Of a stretch of 64,000 bases of DNA, positions 56,035-64,000 are shown in pieces (the stretch's first letter is position 1; each line of letters starts with the position of its first letter). The translations under genes were made by a program, and so were the position numbers. The notes below the pieces were generated by a model. It did not search any database and was not told where the DNA came from. It was given only the letters and a program-made list of their open reading frames with translations. Source of the DNA: Chitinophagales bacterium (lineage in GTDB: Bacteria > Bacteroidota > Bacteroidia > Chitinophagales > UBA10324); the NCBI GenBank assembly GCA_025056305.1, contig JANWWJ010000010.1, positions 3,094 through 67,093 of the forward strand. Direction: 5' to 3'.

Positions 56035-59000
56035 ATGAAGGCCATAAACCCCCGTGGCGTCAAAGCTCTTTTACTCCTAGTTGGTGAAGCGTTGCTGCTT
56101 CCGGCTTACGTTTTAGGGCAGGTGATCAACGTGGAGCTCTCAACACGGCGGACCTTGCCTCCCCATTTTTTAGGTTATAATGGGCAGAACACCATTCGAA
56201 ATGGTTCTTCATGGGTAAATCCTGATTTGGTTCAAAATGTACCCAACTTAAAAGCTAAGGTTTTTCGCTATCCTGCAGGAGGCATAGGGAACTGGTGGGA
56301 CTGGCGTCGGGGCTGGTTTGTTGATGTGCCTTATTTGCCTTCGAACTACAAAAACTTGCCGCGTCAACCTAATTATTTACATAACTATAAGGTGGTGGCT
56401 GACGCTACGGGAGCTCAGACTGTATTCATGCTTAACATGGTCACTTCCACCTTGCAGGAACAATTGGCCATGTTGCATCATGCTGATTCATTAGGTTTTG
56501 AAATTAAATATGTGGAACTCGGCAACGAGTTTTACATTTCTGCTGATGACGAAGATGCCGGTGAAGGCTCCCGTTACGTCGACTCTGTATTCAAATATGT
56601 TAAAACCTACGCCGATATGGCTAACATATGGATTGATTCCATACATGCGCACTTTCCCAATGCCCTGGTTGCGGTTCAAGGATGCTTTCAGAAAAACCAG
56701 AAACCCAAACGACTTAAATGGAATGACTCTTTGCGCATTTTGCTTAATGGACGCGAAGACGCGTGGAGCTTTCATACTTATTATTCTTCCAGCTGGAACG
56801 ATACCACCGAAACGCAAGCGGACAAACAGGTTCAAACCATAGATGAAGTTCCTAACTGGCTCTACCAGCCCTTCAAAATGTGGAAAGTTTTCCAGGATCG
56901 AACCATTCCTCAAATTCCGCCCGGTAAGCAGTTCTGGAATACGGAATACAACATGACCGATCACGACAGACCGGTGCACGGTCTTTGGGCTCATGGGCTC
57001 TATCTTCCTGTACAAACTCTGCAGTTTCTCAACGATGACCGATTTAAGGTATTGACTTGTCATGCCATGGTAGGGACCGCGCTTTATGGTCAGTATTTCT
57101 TCGTCACGAATGGCTTTCATTTAGGCGGGGAAGATGGCGAGTGGACACCTTTGCCTAATCCTCCATCCACTCAATATTACGGCTTAACAGCCACGGGCCA
57201 TACCATGAAAATGTTGGGTGAGGCTATGTGGGGCAAGAACTATGCCTCTCCGCTGGTTTTTACACCTTCACCCCAAGTGATGACTGTGGAAGACTATGGA
57301 GCCTCTGTTTATTATTACCCAGCAGTCTATGGATGGATGTTTTCGAGTGATACCGCTTCAGCGGCAATAATTATTAATCTATCAGACACAGCACGTACCA
57401 TCAATTCATCATTTTTTGGGTCGGGGTCTTATCTCCAGAAATATGCGCCTCCTTTAAGGCCTATTGCACGAAATGATAGCCTAACTATTGTTTCTGGAAC
57501 GCTAGGGAGCACCCTACTACTTCCTCCTTATTCCGCCACCAAGATCCATTGCTCTTTGGTACCAGCTCCTCCGCCCACGGTTGAAATCACCGTTATTGGC
57601 AATACGACCATCTGCGCAAATCAAACGACTACTTTGGATGCGGGACCGGGTTTCGTGCGGTATGTCTGGTCCACCGGTGATACCACCCGAACCATTACAG
57701 TACGGACTGGAGGAAATTATTGGGTTCGTGCCTACACGGTTTGGAACGGCTACTATGGAGCTGATACAGTTACCATTACGGTAAATCCCACTCCCAAGAG
57801 GCCCAACTTAATTCCACAAGGAAGCCGCAGCTTCTGCCAAGGGGGTAGTAGGCTTATTGTGCCTACGTACTCAGGAGCTGCCCCGCCGTCGATAACTTAC
57901 TTGTGGAATACAGGTGACACTACTGCAAACTTATTGGTAACACAAGGCGGGCAATATTGGGTTGTGATTACTGATCAAAATGGCTGTACAGCCGTTTCGG
58001 ATACTGAGGTTATAACGGTTTACCCTTTGCCTAGTCCAATTATCACTGCTAACGGACCGACGGAATTCTGCTACAATCAAAGCGTTACCCTTTCGGCACC
58101 CCCTGGCTACACAAACTACAGCTGGTCTCCTAGCGGTTTTGGCCAAAATCGTGTTGTTACCCAATCGGGAACCTATTATGTTACAGTTACCGACAGCAAC
58201 GGATGCGTAGGTACAAGCCAAAATGCTATCACAGTAACAGTCTATGATTTGCCCACTCCCACCATAACTACCGTAGGCGGAGGCCCGCAGTTTTGCGCTA
58301 ATGCGGGAGTTTATCTGCAGGCAAACCCATCCGGTTATAATTATCAATGGCAAAAAAATTTAATCAATATAGCTGGAGCGACAAATCAGACGTACGTGCC
58401 TACGGAAAATGGCCCCTATCGTGTGGTGGCTACCGATCAATATGGATGCAGCCGCACTTCCTCACCTGTAAACATTACCATCTATCCGCTTCCTTCCCCC
58501 AACATTGTTGTTTCTGGCGGTACCAGTATCTGTGAAGGGCAAAGCACGACGCTTAGTTCAAATAATACATATGTATCATACCTCTGGAGCACCGGTGCTA
58601 CCACATCCTCGATCACGGTTTCTGTCACGGGAACGTACTACCTAACGGTAACCGATCAAAACGGCTGTGTGGGTACCTCTGCCGGTAAAACCATCACGGT
58701 TCATCCCAATCCCACACCTACTATTGTTGCACTTGGTCCCACAGAGTTTTGCGAAGGTGGAAGCGTCACTTTGCAAGTGACGCAGACGTATAACAGTTAT
58801 GCCTGGTCAAACGGTACGGTAGGTCAGTCTAAGACATTTTATGACAGCGGTACTTATTGGTGTACCGTTACAGATTTCAATGGCTGCACCGGAGTTTCCA
58901 ATTCCATAACCGTAACTGAATATATTTTGCCGTTGCCCAGCGTGTTCAGTAGCACGGGTCAATCGGCATGGTGTGCCAACGCAGGTGTTTATCTGTCAAC

Positions 59001-61935
59001 CAACATTACAGGTTATAACTATCAATGGCAGCTTGGGGGATCTAATATTTCCGGAGCCACCAATCAAACCTACACCCCCACGGCTGGAGGAAACTACCGT
59101 GTGGTCATCTCAAATTTCTTTGGATGTACAAAACGGTCCGATCCTTTTGCAGTAACCCTTCATGCTCTGCCCAATCCCTCCATAACCGTAACGGGAGGAA
59201 CGAACATTTGCCAAGGGCAATCATCGACGCTTTCTACAGGTGTTTACAACAGCTACTTATGGTCTACAGGTGCTACGACACAATCAATTGTGGTTAATAC
59301 GACCGGCACCTATTACGTGACGGTAACGGATGCAAACGGGTGCGTGGGCACGTCGTCGGGCAAAACCATTACAGTAAATCCAAATCCGACGCCAACCATC
59401 GTTGCATTGGGTAGTACCGATATCTGTCAGGGAAGCAGTGTCACGTTACAGGTTACCCAGACATATAGTAGTTATCAATGGTCTAACGGGACGGTGGGGC
59501 AAAGTAAGTCGTTTAGTCAAAGCGGTACTTATTATTGCACCGTCACTGATGCTAATGGGTGCACCGGTGTTTCCAACTCCATTACCATAACGGTACATTC
59601 TGTGCCTACACCCACCATTGCCTCAAGCACAGGACAGACGACGTTCTGCAGCAATGCTGGTGTTTATTTGGCCGCTAATCCTGTCGATAATAGCTACAGT
59701 TATCAATGGATCAAAGGCGGCGTGGAGATGCCTGGTGAAACAAACACGACTCATTATCCAACTTCTACGGCTAACTACAAGGTCCGCATTTCCAACTGGC
59801 TGGGTTGTTCCGCTACGTCATCAGCCTTTTCAGTTACGGTGCTTTCGGCACCCAATCCATCCATCAACATTACCGGAAACACCGTCTTGTGCAACGGGCA
59901 AACGGCCACACTCACAGCTTCACAAAACTATTCAGCATATCTCTGGTCAACGGGAGCTACCACGAAATCCATCACCGTTAGCACTGCAGGAACCTATGTG
60001 CTCACCGTCACCTCCTCAAACGGCTGTACGGCTGTAGCTACTCCGGTAACCATTACTTCCTCGATTCCCAACGTTACCATTTCTGCTTCGGGGCCGCTTA
60101 CGTGGTGTGGCCCGGGCAGCGTAACGCTTTCTGTACCTACCTATTCTAGCTATTTGTGGAGTACAGGTGCCACCACGCAGTCAATCACAGTAAGTGCTTC
60201 GGGTACCTATTCATGCACTGTAACAGATGCAAACGGATGTACAGGCACCTCAAATTCGGTCACAGTCACCGCAGGCAGTAATTTGTCCCCTGTTATTGCC
60301 TCGTCTAATGGAGTGTATTTGTGTACAGGTCAATCGACAGTTCTGTCTACAACGCAGCCATTTCATAGCTACCTGTGGTCAACAGGTGCAACTACAGCTA
60401 CCATTACCGTTTCTCAAGCAGGCACTTATACAGTTACAGTAACGGATGCAGCAGGATGTACGGGAGTGTCCAGCCCATTTACTGTAGTTTCAGTTACGTC
60501 TCTGTCGCCAATCATAACGGCAGGCAGTGCGACTAAATTTTGCTCGGGTGGCCATGTGGTGTTGTCTGTTACAGAGCCCTATACGAGTTATCTATGGTCG
60601 AATGGAGCTACGACGCAGTCTATCACAGTAACTACTTCAGGTACGTATTCGTGTACCGTAACCAATGCAAGTGGGTGCACGGGCACCAGCAACAGCATTA
60701 CGGTAACGGTAGTCAGTAGCCTGGATAAGCCCGTTATATCTTCGAGTTCAGGAAATAACACCTGGTGTGAAACAGCAGGCGTATATCTTACCACCAATGC
60801 TGTCGGTTACAGTTACCAATGGTCTAAAGGTTCGACCAATATCGCAGGGGCTACCAATATCCATTACACACCCACGAGCAGTGGAACATATAAAGTTCAA
60901 ATAACCGATAATGCCGGGTGTACCAAAAAATCGGACGGCTTTGCCATTACGATCAACAAGAATCCTACGCCAAGCATTACGGTCACAGGAGGTACAACAA
61001 TTTGCCAAGGTCAGACCACTACTCTTTCCGCGAACAAAGATTACAGCAGTTATCTGTGGAGTACCGGAGCCACAACAAAGAGCATAAACGTAGGATCCTT
61101 AGGTACTTTTTCTTACACCCTTACCGTCACCGATGCTAATGGATGCACCGGTACCACGAGTCCGGTGACCGTCACCACGCATCCCAAGCCCATAGCTACC
61201 ATCACAGCTTCGGGACCTACCAGCTTCTGCGACGGAGGAAGTGTTACGCTTAGCGCTAATTCGGCCAGCTCTTATAAATGGTCCAACGGCAAAACCACTC
61301 AGTCTATTGAGGTGACTTCGAGTGGCACCTACAGCGTAACCATCACGGACGCAAATGGATGTAAGGACACCTCAGAGGTGGTAACAGTTACGGAATGGAT
61401 TTTGCCTGATCCAACCATAACCCTCACGGGGCCGGCTACCTTCTGCAGCAGCACTCCCTCAACGTTATCCACCATCACAGGGCCATACTCATATCAATGG
61501 TTGAAGGGAAGCAACATTGTAGCGGGAGCAACGAACCGCACGTATCAACCCACTTCGAGCGGAACATATAAAGTGGAAATAAAGGATGCAAACGGGTGCA
61601 CAAAGAAATCCTCCTCTGGCGTGAAGGTCACGGTAAACAACTGCAGAGAAAATGAAGATCAACTGGAGCAGCCGTATCAAATACAGATATACCCGAATCC
61701 TACTTCAGGAGTCTTTACTTTACAGTCCTCATTATTTAGCTCCGGCGAAACGTATTATTACGTCGAAATATACAATCAAGTCGGGCAGTTATTAATACGT
61801 GAACGGGTTTATGTTCCTTCAGGAACGGCATCTTTACGCTTGGACGTGAGCGGTCTGCCGTCAGAAGGAATTTACATCTTGCAACTGCGTAACGCAACCT
61901 ACATGGTCCGACAGCGCTTTTTGTTCTTGCGTTGA
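56035..61935 (+). CDS. Giant T9SS-secreted protein: clan-GH-A-like catalytic head + 18 Ig-like repeats + T9SS C-terminal sorting domain
   Basis: 1,966-aa uninterrupted ORF with a signal peptide. Head (aa ~30-510) carries RYPAGGIGNWWDW, VELGNEFY, FWNTEYN. Repeats span aa 514-1869. C-terminus IQIYPNPTSGVFTLQ...GIYILQLRN. Confidence 0.9.
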   Translation: MKAINPRGVKALLLLVGEALLLPAYVLGQVINVELSTRRTLPPHFLGYNGQNTIRNGSSWVNPDLVQNVPNLKAKVFRYPAGGIGNWWDWRRGWFVDVPYLPSNYKNLPRQPNYLHNYKVVADATGAQTVFMLNMVTSTLQEQLAMLHHADSLGFEIKYVELGNEFYISADDEDAGEGSRYVDSVFKYVKTYADMANIWIDSIHAHFPNALVAVQGCFQKNQKPKRLKWNDSLRILLNGREDAWSFHTYYSSSWNDTTETQADKQVQTIDEVPNWLYQPFKMWKVFQDRTIPQIPPGKQFWNTEYNMTDHDRPVHGLWAHGLYLPVQTLQFLNDDRFKVLTCHAMVGTALYGQYFFVTNGFHLGGEDGEWTPLPNPPSTQYYGLTATGHTMKMLGEAMWGKNYASPLVFTPSPQVMTVEDYGASVYYYPAVYGWMFSSDTASAAIIINLSDTARTINSSFFGSGSYLQKYAPPLRPIARNDSLTIVSGTLGSTLLLPPYSATKIHCSLVPAPPPTVEITVIGNTTICANQTTTLDAGPGFVRYVWSTGDTTRTITVRTGGNYWVRAYTVWNGYYGADTVTITVNPTPKRPNLIPQGSRSFCQGGSRLIVPTYSGAAPPSITYLWNTGDTTANLLVTQGGQYWVVITDQNGCTAVSDTEVITVYPLPSPIITANGPTEFCYNQSVTLSAPPGYTNYSWSPSGFGQNRVVTQSGTYYVTVTDSNGCVGTSQNAITVTVYDLPTPTITTVGGGPQFCANAGVYLQANPSGYNYQWQKNLINIAGATNQTYVPTENGPYRVVATDQYGCSRTSSPVNITIYPLPSPNIVVSGGTSICEGQSTTLSSNNTYVSYLWSTGATTSSITVSVTGTYYLTVTDQNGCVGTSAGKTITVHPNPTPTIVALGPTEFCEGGSVTLQVTQTYNSYAWSNGTVGQSKTFYDSGTYWCTVTDFNGCTGVSNSITVTEYILPLPSVFSSTGQSAWCANAGVYLSTNITGYNYQWQLGGSNISGATNQTYTPTAGGNYRVVISNFFGCTKRSDPFAVTLHALPNPSITVTGGTNICQGQSSTLSTGVYNSYLWSTGATTQSIVVNTTGTYYVTVTDANGCVGTSSGKTITVNPNPTPTIVALGSTDICQGSSVTLQVTQTYSSYQWSNGTVGQSKSFSQSGTYYCTVTDANGCTGVSNSITITVHSVPTPTIASSTGQTTFCSNAGVYLAANPVDNSYSYQWIKGGVEMPGETNTTHYPTSTANYKVRISNWLGCSATSSAFSVTVLSAPNPSINITGNTVLCNGQTATLTASQNYSAYLWSTGATTKSITVSTAGTYVLTVTSSNGCTAVATPVTITSSIPNVTISASGPLTWCGPGSVTLSVPTYSSYLWSTGATTQSITVSASGTYSCTVTDANGCTGTSNSVTVTAGSNLSPVIASSNGVYLCTGQSTVLSTTQPFHSYLWSTGATTATITVSQAGTYTVTVTDAAGCTGVSSPFTVVSVTSLSPIITAGSATKFCSGGHVVLSVTEPYTSYLWSNGATTQSITVTTSGTYSCTVTNASGCTGTSNSITVTVVSSLDKPVISSSSGNNTWCETAGVYLTTNAVGYSYQWSKGSTNIAGATNIHYTPTSSGTYKVQITDNAGCTKKSDGFAITINKNPTPSITVTGGTTICQGQTTTLSANKDYSSYLWSTGATTKSINVGSLGTFSYTLTVTDANGCTGTTSPVTVTTHPKPIATITASGPTSFCDGGSVTLSANSASSYKWSNGKTTQSIEVTSSGTYSVTITDANGCKDTSEVVTVTEWILPDPTITLTGPATFCSSTPSTLSTITGPYSYQWLKGSNIVAGATNRTYQPTSSGTYKVEIKDANGCTKKSSSGVKVTVNNCRENEDQLEQPYQIQIYPNPTSGVFTLQSSLFSSGETYYYVEIYNQVGQLLIRERVYVPSGTASLRLDVSGLPSEGIYILQLRNATYMVRQRFLFLR
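57574..61641 (+). repeat. Intragenic tandem array of 18 coding repeats (about 210-250 nt each) with a three-repeat (A-B-C) supermodule periodicity
   Basis: Each unit has C ... W ... NGC. Three sequence subtypes recur in the order x,x,x,C,A,B,C,A,B,C,A,B,A,B,C,A,B,C. Units are joined by Pro/Thr-rich linkers (PNPTPT, PLPSP). Confidence 0.85.
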
Positions 61936-61997
61936 TGGTCTCATGGTTGTGCTTTGGACACGCGCTCTGGGTGTTATCGTGCAGGGGGGAACGTCTT

Positions 61998-62723
61998 TCA
62001 GTTCAGAACGGTAATGCGAAATACCCGATGCGCAGAACCGTCTTCCCGAAATAGTTGTACGAGGTAATTGCCTTTTGGAATGCCGGACACGTCTGCTATT
62101 AACTCTGATGCTGTCCGATGAATAGCAACGGGCAATGATTGTCCCCAAAAATTATAGATGCGAATGTTCCACTGATAAATATTTTCGAGTACTGGTATGC
62201 GGATCTGATTGTTTATCGAAAAAAAAATGTATGGAGCGTCTGGCTTTGGATGTTTGTCCAGGCCCACTGCGCAGGACAAATAAAAGGGCTGAGCAAAGAT
62301 GCCCGCATTATTGCTTTCGCTGACCTCTGCGACTTTGTCGTGCGGGTCTATTGAATAGCCAATAAATAAGGGATCAGAGCTCCGGTAAGAATTAGGAATA
62401 GTATTTAACAACGTTGTGTCACAAAAGTTAAACGTCGTATCTACAAACACGGTATCGTTCGCATACAAGAAAAATCCAACTCTTAGATAAAAAAGTAGTT
62501 GGCTCGGAATAAGCAGTGCTGTTTTTCCCACGTATATGCCCACCTCCAAGTTGCAGCAGGCCGGCATACTGCCGTTGTTAATGACCTTGAGTGAGACGTT
62601 GGTCCAGTCAGGATCACCACTGTAGGTAACACTGAATTCTTCTACATACAAATCGGCCTGTCCTGAGGCATTAAGCATCATTAGGGCAATCCAAGTGGTA
62701 AACAAAGCCCGCACAAAAAACAT
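61998..62723 (-). CDS. Secreted CARDB-like domain protein with T9SS C-terminal sorting domain
   Basis: Signal peptide MFFVRALFTTWIALMMLNASG. CARDB-style ADLYVEEFSV...VSLKVINNGS and DPHDKVAEVSESNN. C-terminus NIRIYNFWGQ...GNYLVQLFRE. Confidence 0.7.
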   Translation of the reverse strand: MFFVRALFTTWIALMMLNASGQADLYVEEFSVTYSGDPDWTNVSLKVINNGSMPACCNLEVGIYVGKTALLIPSQLLFYLRVGFFLYANDTVFVDTTFNFCDTTLLNTIPNSYRSSDPLFIGYSIDPHDKVAEVSESNNAGIFAQPFYLSCAVGLDKHPKPDAPYIFFSINNQIRIPVLENIYQWNIRIYNFWGQSLPVAIHRTASELIADVSGIPKGNYLVQLFREDGSAHRVFRITVLN

Positions 62724-62906
62724 GGGGTAAACTTAAAGTCAACTTTCGGTAATCAACAAGTCATTTTTGATTGTTCACGATGGGCTCAATACGCCTAGCT
62801 GTTTGCTTTTGGGTAGCAGTTTTCTGAAAAAAATTGAGCCCCATGCTCTAAGGCTTTGATTTTCTTAGAAAGGACATTATCTTTCGCCAAGCCAAATGCA
62901 CTCGCC

Positions 62907-64000
62907 ATGAATCCCACCCCCTCAAGAGTGTTAAGCATCCTTTTTCCTTTCCTTCTTCTGTGGCGTGAAGGCAATAGCCAGCCCCATGCCATGTCGTTAG
63001 GGTACCGTAGGCCTATTAACTCGGATTGGATCGGTTACAATGGTCAAAACATGATTCGTGATTCGCTAGGGTGGTCCAATCCTTATTTATTAAACAATCT
63101 GCCTAAACTGCGTCCTAAAACTATTCGCTATCCCGGCGGTGGCGTAGCCAACTGGTGGGATTGGAGAGAAGGTTGGTTTGTCAATCATCCGCTGCTTCCC
63201 TCTTCCTACGCAAGTGCACAGCGAAAGGACAATCGTTTGGACAAGTTTAAGCTCGCTCTTGACGCCACCGGTGCCACACCCATTTTTGTGCTAAATATGA
63301 TTTCCTCCACCTTGTCCGAACAGTTAGCTATGTTACGACACGCCGATTCACTGGGTATTCCGATTAAGTATGTTGAATTAGGTAATGAGTTTTATTTAGA
63401 TGGAGGAGAAGATTCGGTGGCCATCATGCAGGTATTTCCTACGGCTGCAGTTTATGCAGAGGTTGCTGCCCAATGGGCCGATTCTATACATAAATATTTT
63501 CCTCAAGCAAAAGTTGCGGTTCAAGGAGCTTACAATCGAAATAACGCTCCTCGCCGTATTACGTGGGATGAAACTCTATTCCCCTTGATGCGCGGTCAAA
63601 ATGCGGTTTCCTACCACGGGTATATGGCTGCTGCCGCCGCTTCCGACCAGGACTATCAGATCACCGCCGGCACCTTTACCTTGGCAGAAGTGCCTGTCAT
63701 GTTATCGCGCCCTTTTACAATGTGGCAGATCATGACGACCGAAGATTTCCCACTTGTGCCCCCCGGTAATGAAATCTGGATAACCGAATACAACTTGCGC
63801 GATAAGACCAAACCCACGCAGGGATGTTGGGCGCATGGCTTGTTTGCAGCAACCCAAACCTTGCAATTCCTCAACGAACCACGTATTACCCACCTTGCCT
63901 TTCACGCCATTTCAGGCACAGCTGTCGCTGGTTGTTTCTTTTTCAGCACCAAGGGCTTTGAATTTGGGGGTGACGGAAATTTTGTGCCACCCAACCCGTC
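62907..64000 (+). CDS. Secreted clan-GH-A-like protein, paralog of the giant protein head domain (3' partial, runs off the window)
   Basis: Not in the ORF track because it has no stop in the window. I translated it by hand: MNPTPSRVLSILFPFLLLW...IGYNGQNMIRD...IRYPGGGVANWWDWREGWF...IKYVELGNEFY...IWITEYN...WAHGLFAATQTLQFLNE... Collinear with giant-protein aa 40-380 at roughly half identity by eye. Confidence 0.8.
   Translation, partial: MNPTPSRVLSILFPFLLLWREGNSQPHAMSLGYRRPINSDWIGYNGQNMIRDSLGWSNPYLLNNLPKLRPKTIRYPGGGVANWWDWREGWFVNHPLLPSSYASAQRKDNRLDKFKLALDATGATPIFVLNMISSTLSEQLAMLRHADSLGIPIKYVELGNEFYLDGGEDSVAIMQVFPTAAVYAEVAAQWADSIHKYFPQAKVAVQGAYNRNNAPRRITWDETLFPLMRGQNAVSYHGYMAAAAASDQDYQITAGTFTLAEVPVMLSRPFTMWQIMTTEDFPLVPPGNEIWITEYNLRDKTKPTQGCWAHGLFAATQTLQFLNEPRITHLAFHAISGTAVAGCFFFSTKGFEFGGDGNFVPPNP

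Noticed and set aside
56491-57120. 209-aa minus-strand ORF inside the head domain of the giant gene
   Set aside because: It is an antisense shadow of a region that is conserved in the paralog at 62907 onward in the plus-strand frame.
57574-61641. The regular ~220-nt periodic repeats, considered as a possible CRISPR array, satellite or mobile-element array
   Set aside because: The periodicity is entirely within one uninterrupted reading frame and is conserved at the protein level rather than the DNA level. There are no spacer-like unique segments and no cas genes.

Overview
The window looks like ordinary chromosomal core DNA from a member of the Bacteroidota. The evidence is a gldB-like lipoprotein, a PorV/PorQ-family barrel, six proteins ending in type IX secretion (T9SS) C-terminal sorting domains, several TAnnTTTG -7 promoter motifs, and about 50% GC by eye. 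I call about 48 protein-coding genes, tightly packed and often coupled by 4-nt ATGA/GTGA overlaps. They are mostly housekeeping or envelope functions: recR, tlyA, photolyase, M1 aminopeptidase, chrA, hutH-like lyase, grpE-dnaJ, anmK, rlmD, a SurA/parvulin chaperone trio plus a MoxR ATPase, glgE-mak, gdhA, mrdA-rodA and glyA. I found no rRNA, tRNA, CRISPR array, transposase, integrase or recognisable defence genes, so I cannot support a defence-island type of novel system here.

The most unusual locus is 56.0-64.0 kb. It holds a 1,966-aa T9SS cargo protein with an unclassified clan-GH-A-like catalytic head on 18 cysteine-paired Ig-like repeats, organised in A-B-C supermodules. Next to it is a convergent CARDB-like T9SS protein carrying a 9-nt homopolymer, followed by a second paralogous head domain that runs off the window.

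Other points worth a second look:
- A decayed membrane fatty-acid desaturase pseudogene (20.6-21.4 kb) with frameshifts and lost His boxes.
- A GT2 glycosyltransferase fused to a catalytically gutted phosphoglycosyl-transferase-like tail.
- An MFS-glgE-mak cluster with no treS or glgB in view.
- A PorV/PorQ-barrel plus NHL-lipoprotein pair.
- Several small regulatory-looking repeats and hairpins.

All family assignments rest on motifs read by eye from the translations. No database search was run.
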